DNA of 63,708 bases, filler included, from Vezdaea acicularis (taxonomy: Eukaryota): NCBI GenBank assembly GCA_026025075.1. It is 4 parts of 4 records of this genome, joined end to end, with 100 filler letters (N's around TTAATTAATTAA, not from the genome) between each part and the next. Parts side by side here need not be neighbours in the genome. Positions count along the whole stretch, not along the records: positions 39,965 to 59,727 come from JAPEUI010000201.1; 3 more parts are not named here. The stretch is one strand, 5' to 3'. A model generated the notes under the pieces. The model saw nothing but the letters and a program-made list of their open reading frames with translations, was not told the DNA's origin and ran no database searches. A program made the position numbers and the translations under genes. This document shows positions 39,965 through 51,689 of this stretch, in pieces; the stretch's first letter is position 1; every line of letters begins with the position of its first letter.

Positions 39965-40979
39965 AAGCGCTTGCTGCTCTCTAGCCGACGGTGGCAGATG
40001 GCTCCGTGGCTTTTCGGATAGGTGGTGGAAGGGCCACCGTCCGGCTTCGGTTGAAGGTGCTCGCTTACCAAAAACCGCATGCTAAGGGTGCACATTTCCA
40101 TCAGCCTCAGGTGACGCCACAGGGTCTAATGGTGCGACTGTGGCCCTGATTGGACCTGTACATTCAGTATGAAATCTGTATGCGTAGAGCACGGTTCATG
40201 ACGAGGACCGATGGCCCCAGCCACCCACAAGGCAAGATGGATTCGTTGAGCGATCGAGATTGGCAGAGTCAAGGCCGGATTTGCCAGCCTTTCATCATCG
40301 GGATTAAGAGCACGGGCCGGTGGGCAAGTGTGGCTGAACTCCACGTCCCACCCACCACCGGGCGATCGATCGACGAGGCTGGGGCGGTGACGGTGCTCGC
40401 GCCTGCAGGGTTAGGGCCGGGCCAAGTGCTGCAACGAGCGCTGTGGTTGGCGAACGCGACCGCACCCATCGGCCACAACTGGACGACTGCCCACCCATCA
40501 TCTGCGAAACAAGGAAGCTGGCCAGACGCGCCTTACTGTTGTCGTCACTTTGGCGCAGCAACCATGGAGCGTGGCTCCGAGCTCTCTCCAGCCTCTTTTC
40601 CCTGCTGCTGTGGTGCGGGATCTTCGAGGCCGTGCCCTCAAGACAATCTTTTCTCGATCCTGCTTCTCCCCATTGCAGATCGCAAAGACGCGCATTCAAG
40701 GCTTGCTGTGTCATGCCCTTCTCTCGTCGCCGTGCAGGATTCACGTAAGAAGAATCATGGTGATGTCTTCCGTTTTCGTCCCTTCCATGCAGTCGACAGT
40801 TTAGCCCTCCCCTCCATGCAGCCTAAGGTTTATGGCGGGCCTGGAACGACTCTCCTTCAACAATCTACTTATCAATACCCCGCTATTCTTTCGCAGTCGA
40901 AGCTCAGTCCTCAATCCGACTTCATGAGGCTTGCAAGACCTTACCAAAGAACTTAGTTGCTACGTGCTAGAGGTCGAGG

Positions 40980-43900
40980 ATGGATTGGCTAACCAGTCGA
41001 ACGCGCCGGCGCGTCTCTGTCGGAGGAAACAATCAGTCTGCTCCTACGCCGAGGCAACAGAGTCCACAAAGCCAACAGAGACGATTGTCGAAACCTTTAA
41101 CGAACTCATCAAGCTCCGACCTTCTGAGTGCAATCGCGGCGTCGTCTGGCCCTTCTTCAAATGAAATAACGACAAGGTTCAGGACGCAATCAGAGTCGGA
41201 GGCGGTACCTGTAAATGGAGGCAGTTATCGAAGAAGCCGAAGTGACCTGCGACTACGGCTCAAGGAACATCTCTTCAGTTTTCGCAGTGACCCGAGGAAT
41301 GAATGCGCTGTTGACGAGGAGGAGGATGACGACGACCAGGGAATCATGATGCATCAGATGAGAAGCGGAAATGACCGAGTTTCGAGATCTAGCTCTGGAA
41401 TATCTCGTCTCGCAAGTGCTCACGGCTCGTCGACGCTCCTCAGTTCTCTACCAGGTTCTCGACTGTCTCTGGTCGCGGAGGGAACAATAAGCGTGCCGAC
41501 CGAATATAGGGACACTTTCGATGAGTTGAAGGAAGATCGTAACATGCCACCCAAGCGGCGCAGGTCCTGGGTAACTCCTGGTATCGCAACACGAGGGGGT
41601 CTTGCAAACCCATATCGGAAGCCGCCACCTCCCAAGGCATTGCAATCTCAAGAGGACCACGACTATTATTACAACCCGGCCTTCCCAGAATTTTCGCCTC
41701 TGGCCCAACTCGCATCTTTGGATTCTTTCTGTCCCGAGACCTCAACTGATGAACTCGATTACATCACCCCTTTAGCAGGCCTGAGGAAGGGCACCTTACG
41801 GATCACGAACGGCACGGCGAGTCCGGCTCCAAGCATGGACACACTGCGATCACTTCCTCGACTCTCTCGGCAGGACAAGCACGAGGAAGAATATTTCTCA
41901 GCATCTGAAGGCTACAGGTCGGATGAAGAGAACTCGCCCAAACAGACAGATGCACAAAAGCGGAGCAACAGCTCTGAATTGCTCGCACAAAGAATATCCA
42001 AAGTGTTTTACGAAGAGGTTTCCAGAATTAGCCGGCCTCCAATCTCTGTCGATACACAACTGGCCGGACAAGGGCCAAGCACCCAGAGCCCGTTAAAATA
42101 CGAATCAATGCCCAGCAGGTCTGCTCCAACCATCGATAATCTGCACATAAGAGCATCAACACCGGAAAACATCAACTCCTTTTCTGATTTCAGGTTTCTT
42201 TCAACACCTGACAAAGCTTCGTCTATAGCACAAGAGTACAGAGAGGAGTTATCGCTGACGCCATTCTCGTACATGGAATCCCCAGAGATTTCTCCCATTC
42301 AATCTGTGCAACAGAGTCCGAGACTTGAAGCCACATCGAAGGTTACAGAATTTGAAGATCACCTGTTTGATGATGATGATGAGGGGGTAGTGACAGATTC
42401 GGACCAATGGGGCAGCATTCGCAGCGGCGCTCGCGAGGATGCTTTACGGATTCTTGGCGGTGAGATGATCCCATCATCCAGACAGAGAGAGTCCGGACTT
42501 GCTCCATCCCTGGTATACCCTCGAGTATCTTCAGCATATTCTGAAGGACAGAGTGAGGACGGTCTGACCGCAAGCTCGCTTTCCAAAGCAGACAGTGGCT
42601 ACAGCTCCAACACATCAGTCCGGTCGTTTAAGCGAGAACGACGCTTCTCCAGCCAGACTGATAGTGGCATGGGCTCTTCGCCTATCAAGCTTTCCATGTT
42701 TCCGACAGAGACGATTGAGGAAGTTCCTTCTCCTCCAAGACGGAGCCCTCCTAAGGTTCCGCCCTTACCTGCAAGATCACCGCCTGTAGCACCACCGGAA
42801 CCGTTTCGAGAGGTACCTCCAATTCCTTCTCCCATTATCGATCAAAGACCTTGGTCTGAAGAGCCGTTGGCCTTGCCTGTTGCTATTACAAAAGAGTTGC
42901 CCGAGTCACCAGAAGCACCAATGAAGAAGCCTGGGTCGGTTGCGAATGCGCGGAAGCGGCTGCGCAAGCAACGCCCGCATTCCCAGCCGCCCCCCTTGCC
43001 AGTCAACCGCATCACTGTACAGGCCTATCGTGAAATATCTCAACAGCATATTCCTCCTGTCCCGTCTGAGGTTGCGGCCCGGCATGCAGCACGACACAAG
43101 GCCTTCCCAACTCTGGATCACACCTACCCTAGCCTCGAGCATACCAACACTGCCAAGTCCACTAGCTCCTCAGTGCTATCACTCATTAAAAGCGTACCTA
43201 TACGCTTTCCTTCGCCAGCTAACACCTCTAATACTGCCGCGCCCTGCGTCAAGGCCCGGCGCCAAAGTACCCCTGTTAGTTCTGCAAACCACCCTACTCC
43301 AGTCCGTGATTACGGAAACGTCGCCTCTCACACGCCCGATCGTCGCTCAAGTTGGCAACGCAATTCCGGCACTATCACGTCTTTCCCTTTCGCCTCCAGT
43401 GGCACGATCACCGATTTCGGCACTGTCGCCGAGTCTCTCGGAGCATCCCCCTATGACGCCGCCCTATCTGCCGCGGGCCATGCTGCACGCAGGAATTCTG
43501 GATCTAGCTTCACAAGCGTATCGCCATATCAGATGGGCTTCTCAACCCCGCGGAGCCGCTCCATGATCGGTATGGACTCGGAAGCGGCGGTGGAGTTTGC
43601 ACGGGAGAGAAGCCGCGACTTTGGACGGTCGACGGGCCGAGACTCGACCCGTCCTAGAAGCGTACAGTTCAGGTTTTCCGACGAGCGACGAGGGAGTATC
43701 GAAGGCATGGTCAGGCCGAGTACTCCTCCTCTAGGAAGGGTGGGCCGCCCTCGCTCCGTCTACTTCGAGACACCACCGCCGCCTGTCCCGGCGCTGCCTA
43801 ATCTCCTACAAACCACGGCCGAAGACGAGACCGAGGAGACCGAGCTCGAGAGAAATACGCGCATGAACCGCTTCGTCCTCCCTCCTCCGTCCGAGAAACC

Positions 43901-44144
43901 ATCCTCACGTCTACTCTCACTTAAACAAGGCTCCGAGGCGCTCTCCCGCGAAGTCTCTATCTCCTGGGCACAGCATAAGGCGGCATGGCGCGAGAGAAGA
44001 AAGTCCGCTGGTCAGACTGCTGCGGTCAGGCGCGGGAGCGGACATCCCGTCATTGATGCCCTGCCTGGAAGGGTCGATCAAGGTCTGGATTTCAGGTATG
44101 AGGAACATTTTGGGATTGGAGGGACCGAGTGGATCAGAGCTTAG
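40980..44144 (+). CDS. Large intronless Ser/Pro-rich fungal hypothetical protein (1054 aa)
   Basis: Uninterrupted 3.1-kb ORF, low-complexity composition, short motifs RRLSKP, GTLRITNG, KADSGYSS; no catalytic domain recognised. Confidence 0.8.
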   Translation: MDWLTSRTRRRVSVGGNNQSAPTPRQQSPQSQQRRLSKPLTNSSSSDLLSAIAASSGPSSNEITTRFRTQSESEAVPVNGGSYRRSRSDLRLRLKEHLFSFRSDPRNECAVDEEEDDDDQGIMMHQMRSGNDRVSRSSSGISRLASAHGSSTLLSSLPGSRLSLVAEGTISVPTEYRDTFDELKEDRNMPPKRRRSWVTPGIATRGGLANPYRKPPPPKALQSQEDHDYYYNPAFPEFSPLAQLASLDSFCPETSTDELDYITPLAGLRKGTLRITNGTASPAPSMDTLRSLPRLSRQDKHEEEYFSASEGYRSDEENSPKQTDAQKRSNSSELLAQRISKVFYEEVSRISRPPISVDTQLAGQGPSTQSPLKYESMPSRSAPTIDNLHIRASTPENINSFSDFRFLSTPDKASSIAQEYREELSLTPFSYMESPEISPIQSVQQSPRLEATSKVTEFEDHLFDDDDEGVVTDSDQWGSIRSGAREDALRILGGEMIPSSRQRESGLAPSLVYPRVSSAYSEGQSEDGLTASSLSKADSGYSSNTSVRSFKRERRFSSQTDSGMGSSPIKLSMFPTETIEEVPSPPRRSPPKVPPLPARSPPVAPPEPFREVPPIPSPIIDQRPWSEEPLALPVAITKELPESPEAPMKKPGSVANARKRLRKQRPHSQPPPLPVNRITVQAYREISQQHIPPVPSEVAARHAARHKAFPTLDHTYPSLEHTNTAKSTSSSVLSLIKSVPIRFPSPANTSNTAAPCVKARRQSTPVSSANHPTPVRDYGNVASHTPDRRSSWQRNSGTITSFPFASSGTITDFGTVAESLGASPYDAALSAAGHAARRNSGSSFTSVSPYQMGFSTPRSRSMIGMDSEAAVEFARERSRDFGRSTGRDSTRPRSVQFRFSDERRGSIEGMVRPSTPPLGRVGRPRSVYFETPPPPVPALPNLLQTTAEDETEETELERNTRMNRFVLPPPSEKPSSRLLSLKQGSEALSREVSISWAQHKAAWRERRKSAGQTAAVRRGSGHPVIDALPGRVDQGLDFRYEEHFGIGGTEWIRA

Positions 44145-46906
44145 AAGCGACACTCGCAAGATACACGTTGGTGAAAAGAGAGCATTTAGGCCGTTTTAGC
44201 GTGAGGTTTGGTGCGTTGTTGAAGGAGCATTATCTACCTGTACAGATTTCTTTCCTTGACCGTCGTTTTGGCGCTGCGTCAATCTTTTGGTTTTTTGAGA
44301 CATATCACTACTTAGCGGGCGCGTATCATGATACCTTTTCTTACATCTAAACGAGTGAATTTAAGCCAACTTAGTCCTATCTTGTCTTATCCCGTTATGA
44401 TGTATAGTACAAGTATCAATGACAAAGAGTGTTGTTGGATCGTAATGATAAAAAAGACCGCTCTAGCTCTGTGCAAATTCATCCCCACCAGACAGAATTC
44501 AAACCAGGCTTAAATTACTCAGTCGTCAATAAAGGGAAGTCCCACCAGATGTTTCCATCCGATGAGCTGCGACGATAAGACCTATCTCGTGCCTGCAACT
44601 CGTGAGAGTATGTTTCAGGCGTCGTGGAGGGACTTTCGCGGGTAAAATCGACGGGGTTCGTCAGGATCAGGGATGTACAGGCCTTTATGGGCTTACATGA
44701 TGAGCGCCGTCGACGAACAGTTGTAGGTACGTTTGAGGACTGTCTCGGAGTTTGGATAGGCGGTAGAGTCTCGTGAGAAAAGGGGTTCGGTAGATCATCC
44801 AACTAGTCCTGACCTATGGAGAAATCGTGTTAACTTGTGGTGGCATCAGAGAGAGCGTTCTACGTCTAGGAGTCTGCAGGGTCTCTTTCGGTGTAACAGG
44901 TGTTGCAGTGAATGCGCTTGTGCTGGTAGAGTTCGAAGCAACAAAGGGATGTATCCATGCTAGAGACGAGAGCAGCCTGGGTGACAGGACTCAACTCGTT
45001 GACTCCTGAACCATCCTCCATCATGCTGTCCTGAAGGTTATTGATAGAACCGCGGTAGCCAGCGGTATCTTATTAGACGGCTGGGTGTCTTGCGATAACT
45101 CAATCGCCTGTTGAGTTCCTTCTAGCTCGTAAGTCGTCATCATTAGAAAATCTGCACCAGAAAGCTTAGTCCAAGCCATGTAATGCAGGCTTAGGCTGTT
45201 ACCACCTTGTATACCGATAATTGACATTCAAAAAGATGGAATCCCTTTCAAGCCCGGACTTCAAACGGGTGCGTTGCCGTGGAAGCTAAAAGTAGGTGGC
45301 GCCGGCTTATATGATATACCAGGGACAGCAAGGGGTCCAATGAGGTTCACAAAGCGAGAGTTAATAAGAGACAGAAAGGAAAACATCATGTTGCAGGATG
45401 TTTCATGTGAAGCTCAACCTGTTTGAAGTCAATCTTGAGGCATCGTGGACGAGTCTCATGCTCAGGAAGTGCTCGTTCCCGCGACAAGAGGGGTAATAAA
45501 CGGATATGAAAAGCAAACGAAACAAGACGTGATCGCTAGCATTAATTAGCGAAAATCCGAGAGAGCTCATTCACTCTGGGTTTTGAAAAACGGCAACTAC
45601 TCTGGTGTTGGACGCCGTATCATTCCAATGAAGGTTGGTATCTTGTCAGGACCGCCTGTGCGAATACCACTACCCCATGCGCCTGCATCAATCCACCGTG
45701 ATAATCGGCGTCGAGAACCCACAGCCACACTGCTACGAGCTTGGTTCTCGTTTCCCATACTATCGCTTTTCCAAGACCCAAATGGTATACTCCACTGAGG
45801 AGTGGCATATCTAGGATCTCGATGAGGAGTGACAAGCCACTTGATAGAAGGGTTTTGGAAAGGAACCTCGTTGATAGGACTGAAGCTTGCTATCGAAAGA
45901 AGCCCGTTGACAAGACTAGTTGCTTGTCGATCAAGTCAACTTGTTAGACTTTGGGATTGTACTTGCCAGAAACGGCAAGTAGCTGTTAGACATCCCCAAT
46001 GATTAAAATCCGGCGGCTCCTTCACATTCAGGTCAGAACACCGGATAGTCTGGAAATTCGAGATGATTTTGCCAAGGCAAAATCGAAGTCCAAACAGCAC
46101 CAACACTTGATGAGCCTCTATTCAGGGGAGAACCAGCAGTTCATCATGACCTTTAGATGGATCGCGCTGCAAGAATTCACCGTATAAGAACGGTACGCCA
46201 GCGTACAGAAATGCGAGAAGAGCCATGGCTTCAGATTCATGTCAAGTGAGATCACTCTCCCGTCGAGGAGTCATTCTCTTCCTATTTATGAGCGACGCCG
46301 TAGCATCAATCATCACGAGCCGTATTTTAAAGAAACTTTTGCGGCTCTCTCGCCGGCAGAAAAGTGTTCCCTTCAAGCTAGCGCGCCAAGCCCGCACACC
46401 GCCCCACACTACTTCCTCGACATGTCAAGCGCGAAATTCCTTTCCTTCTTCTTTTCCTTCGTGCGGCGATGCAACAACAGAAACACCCCCGTGTTGCTCA
46501 CTCACCACTTCTCCTTATTTGGGGCAGTCGATGGTGATATGAGTGTCTGTTGCGTCACAGAGCGACGAAATTGCACGTCTGGGACTTCTCTGCTTTGTGG
46601 CATTCTTTTATGGAGCTCTGTTTGGGCTCGTGGATGCAACGTTGAGATAGTCTTGGAACAGAACTTACATCCACTTTCAGCGAAAGCTCTTGCGAGAGCA
46701 TGCTTTTTGAGTCTGCGACATATCGAGAATGCTCACGTACAGTTGATTGGCATTATAGAAACTTTCTAGGCACGAAATGGGCCCTCAACTTTTGCATTCT
46801 TTCACGTAAGGCCAAGGTACATGCACTGAACAGGCATTTGGAGCCACCTATGCAATGTATTCATGAGGACCTGTATCATGGTCTCGTTGCTGTCCTGCGC
46901 ATGAGA

Positions 46907-48121
46907 CTACCCAGACTCATCACTGATCTTTTCTATTTTCCCATCCCTCTTCTCGCCCGTCTCCCCAACCACTCTTAGCCGGTCCAACCTAACCTTCTCT
47001 CCATCGCCTTCGCCGTCAACCACGAAAACCACAAGACTAGTCACGTTCTGGAATTTCACAAAACGCAGTTCCAGCTTCGCCGTACCTGTCTTCTCGTCCC
47101 AGTCCCTTGGCGAGAGAGTAATGGTCTGAGTTGCTGGGATCCCCTCTGCTTCTTCAAACCCAAGCACGTGAGCACGGTTCGAGTAGACGTTTATAGTCTT
47201 GGGCCGCATGCAGCCTTCTTCGTCATCGTTATCGTCATCGGCATTCCTTGTCGGCGGAAGGGAAGTGATGTGGAGCGTGTGGACCTTTAATGTTGATTGG
47301 AACGGTATGAACAGCATCAGCTGCTCGTCAGTGTCGCTCTCAATCCAATCTGGCGTCTTCTCCTCCGTGCTCGCCCCGGACTTCCCTTTACCATTTAACA
47401 TCTTTCGATTAGCAGCCCCAGAAGGCTTAGTCCTTAAAAAGAGGGTCCGAGCGGTGCCAAAATCTGAGTCCGAGTTTAACAAGTCAAGGCCCCTGACGTC
47501 CACCTGATCTGTAACGTCCTTGTACCCTCTTGGCAGATCCGCACCCGTCCATAATCCCTCAGAACTGCTGCCACTAGTCTCGAAGCCGCTGGAGCCACCA
47601 GACTCAGCCTCTGCCGCGAGTTTTTGGACAACGTCGTTGAGCTTCCTAGGGTCTGCGCCTTTCACTGTTTCGACAACCTGGGCGTTCTTGAATATCATGA
47701 ATGTTGGCATCCTGCAATACAACCTATGTTAGTAATGAAAAGGATATGAGGCTTGCTAGTTTCGGGCGTACGCAGTCACTCCATAGGTGCGTGCGATTTC
47801 GGGTTGCTTGTCAACGTCGACCTTTGCAAATGTGATTTGGTTAGGCCGTGACAGCCTTGCGGAGAGTTGCTCGTAAGCCGGAGCTATCTGTTTGCACGGT
47901 CCGCACCATTCTGCATGGACTTGAGTAACTTATGTTAGCTCATCTTTCACTGATGAATTTCCAGATAGAGGTGCCTCTAGCAGGCTGTAGGATAGCCTGT
48001 GCATGTGGGGCAAGAGTCGGGCGACGCTCGCCCTTTACTTACAGTCGGTGACAACAACCCTGGAAGATGTGATAAGGGAGCTGAATTGGGCGGACGAGTC
48101 AATTATGACCGTCTTGGACAT
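46907..48121 (-). CDS. TXL1: Thioredoxin-like protein with PITH domain (TXNL1/Txl1)
   Basis: AEWCGPCK active site, MPTF, C-terminal PITH (ESDTDEQLMLFIPF, LRFVKFQNV); two introns. Confidence 0.9.
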
Positions 48122-48346
48122 TTTGGGGGTAAAAATATGAAATTCTTGGAATACGTGTCGTGTCGATCAGTAAATGACGGTTCTCGATTGATTAATCCGG
48201 GGGATAGCTTCGCCTACGCTGTAACGGATGACTGATGCACTAGGGCAGCGTAAAGGATAAAATTTGTTCCGTGAAATAAGGTACCAGGCAACGACCTTGC
48301 CTCTAAGCTGAATGCATCTCGAGACAGTCTACTTAAAGCCAGGTCG

Positions 48347-51300
48347 ATGCCCGGCATTCCTCTTCATCTGGCTCAGCGTATAATCGCGAGACCTACCGGC
48401 TGCTCAGTACTATCATCCCTTGCGTTGAAACGTTCATACTCCCGACTACCTATCAAGTTCGCCCCCAAAGGCTTCAGCTCCAAATCATTCGGATCCTTCC
48501 GTTCAGGTTCCCCTCACATCAAGCCCTACCGTTCCGTACGATACTGCTCTCATCGAAGAAGCATGTATCAAGCTGATCTTGTCGACGCGCTTGAAGGAGG
48601 TATGGAGGTATCTAAGGGCCGAGAGGTCCTTCCTACAAACGTGAAACCATTGCATTACGATCTTACGCTAGAGCCGGACTTCGAGAGCTTCACGTATAGA
48701 GGCTCGGTCTATATAGAGTAAAATCACCATGACCAAAACTTATACTAGCATTACTGACCAGGTGTATAGTCTGGATATCAAGGAGAAGACTACGTCGATA
48801 TCTTTAAATACGTTAGAGCTAGAGCTACACTCTGTTGAGATACACGCAGGATCCACATTGATTACCTCTTCTCCGAAAGTCTCTTATAATAAAGACGCAC
48901 AGATATCGACCATCTCGTTCGACAAGAGGTTGGACGCTGGCACGAAAGCCCGCTTAGGTATCAAGTTTACAGGACACTTGAACGAGAAGATGGCCGGGTT
49001 CTATCGATCGTCATATAAGGATGCAGATGGGAAAACCAAGTACATTGCAACTACGCAGATGGAGCCTACAGATGCCAGACGGGCGTTCCCAGCTTTCGAC
49101 GAGCCTTCTCTAAAGGCAACTTTTGACGTCACGTTGATTGCAGATAAGCATCTAACATGTCTGAGTAACATGGATGTTGCATCAGAGTCAGAAATTGATT
49201 CGAGTGTGAGCAAAAGCAAGAAGAAAGCCGTGAAGTTCAACACGTCACCACTAATGTCAACATATCTTCTAGCATTCATCGTGGGAGAGCTCAATTATGT
49301 TGAGTCTAAGAAGTTTCGAGTGCCCGTCCGCGTCTATGCTACTCCCGACAAGGATATCGAGCATGGCAAGTTCTCTCTTGAGCTTGCAGCCAAGACACTA
49401 GAATTCTACGAGAAGACTTTCGATAGCAAGTTCCCGCTGCCAAAGATGGATATGGTTGCCATTCCAGACTTTAGTGCTGGCGCGATGGAGAACTGGGGAC
49501 TGATCACCTATCGGGTCGTTGACCTGATGTTTGATGAGAAGACCAGTGGGGCGTCTACTAAAGAGAGGGTTGCTGAAGTCGTTCAGCATGAGTTGGCGCA
49601 TCAATGGTTCGGGAATTTGGTGACTATGGATTTTTGGGATGGTTTGTGGCTGAATGAGGTGACACAGAGCTTTTCGCGGGTATTTGTTCCCTGCTAACAC
49701 AGATCTAGGGCTTCGCAACCTGGATGTCCTGGTATTCATGCAATAAGTTCTATCCGGAATGGAAGGTCTGGCAAGGCTATGTCACAGATACTCTAAGGAG
49801 CGCACTCAGTCTCGACTCGCTTCGCAGCAGCCATCCCATTGAGGTGCCGGTCAAGCGTGCAGACGAAATCAACCAAATATTTGACGCCATTTCGTATTCC
49901 AAGGGCTCTTGTGTTTTACGAATGATTTCAGTCTATCTAGGAGAAGACGTCTTTATGGAAGGTATTCGACGTTATTTAAAGAAGCATGCGTATGGTAACA
50001 CCCAGACCGGCGATCTTTGGGCCGCACTCAGCGACGCGAGCGGCAAGGATGTTGAGCAGGTTATGGACATCTGGACAAAGAACGTGGGCTATCCTGTTAT
50101 TAGCGTGACAGAGAAAGAGGGATCGAGTTCTATCCATGTGAAGCAAAACCGATTCCTCCGAACTGGCGACGTCAAGCCAGAGGAGGACAAGACGCTTTAT
50201 CCAGTCTTCCTAGCCCTTCGGTCAAAGGATGGCATCAACGAGAGTTTGACTCTCTCAAAGCGCGAAGCGAATTTCGATATCCCGCGCGACGACTTTTATA
50301 AGATCAATGCGGACCATTCGGGATTGTATCGCACGTCGTATCCTCCGGCTCGTCTTGAAAAGCTTGGTAAAGCTGCGAAAGAAGGCCTGCTTTCAGTCGA
50401 AGATCGCGCCGGCATGATAGCGGATGCAGGAGCCCTTGCTTCCTCTGGTTATCAGAAGACTTCTGGTATTCTCGCTCTGTTGAAGAGCTTCGACAGCGAA
50501 CCGGAGTTTGTCGTGTGGGATGAGATTTCGAGTCGGATCGCGTCCATCAGGTCAGCTTGGATCTTCGAGGACAAGGAAGTTCAAGACGCACTCAAGACAT
50601 TCCAACGAGACTTGGTCTCGGCGAAAGCGCACAAGGCCGGATGGACGTTTGAGGAGGGCGAGGACCATCTGCAGGAACTTTTCAAGAGCTTGCTGTTCGG
50701 TACTGCTGGCCTATCTGGGGATAAAGAGTTTGTCTCATCGTTTGGCCACAACCTTGATTTTTTGGTTACTGACTTCTGGGATAGAGTGGTCCAGGCATCG
50801 TTCGAGATGTTCGAAAAGTTTGCCGGTGGCGACGAAAGTGCGATTCATCCTAACATTCGCGGAAATGTCTATGGTATCGTTTTGCAGAACGGTGGCGAAA
50901 AGGAAGTGAGTTCCGCCACGCCCACCGGATCATTATTCCGATGAATGTTGGTAATCGCCCAGCTGACCATGGGATGCAGTATGACATTATCCTCAATGAA
51001 TACCGCACTGCGAAGAGCAGCGACAGGCGTAACACCGCTCTACGAAGCCTCGGTCGGGCGAAGGATCCCGAACTAATCAAGCGTACCCTCGCACTTCCTC
51101 TTGGTGATGAGGTCAAGGAGCAGGACATCTATCTTCCCATCAGCTCACTACGGACCCACTCGGCCGGTATCACCGCTCTGTGGCAATGGATTCAAGAGAA
51201 TTGGGAGACGATTGAGAAGAAGCTGCCCCCGGGCCTGAGCATGCTAGGAAGCGTGGTGCAGATCTGCACGTCGAGCTTCACACACACGGACCAGCTCGAG

Positions 51301-51450
51301 GAGATTGAGAAGTTCTTCGGGAGCCGTAGCACGAAAGGGTTCGACCAAGGACTGGCTCAGAGCCTGGACTCCATCCGGGCGAAAGCATCGTGGATCGAGC
51401 GTGACCGGGACGACGTCGCCACCTGGCTGAAAGAAGGAGGATACCGGTGA
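48347..51450 (+). CDS. APE2: M1 family zinc aminopeptidase (Ape2/Aap1-like)
   Basis: GAMENWG, HELAHQWFGNLVT...WLNEG, FDAISYSKG; four introns; second possible start at 48563. Confidence 0.95.
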
Positions 51451-51689
51451 AGAAGAAGAAGAGAAGATGTTTGTCCGGGTCGACGATTGTCTCAACACTG
51501 ATTGTAGGTGTAGCATAGTTGTGAGAGCATAGTGTAGAGCGCGTATAGAAGGTAGGAACGCTTAGCATAGCACAAAAGAAAGACTTGTCTGTCGGGAAAA
51601 CAGGGCGCGAGTCGGACCCGAAGCAGCCCCCCCCCCCCCCATAACCAGCGCCCAATCCTAGTTTACCTTTTCGCTCCCGCCCCCGTTCG

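Noticed and set aside
44500..46800. Scattered 60-176 aa ORFs
   Set aside because: No domains recognised; consistent with intergenic noise or decayed genes
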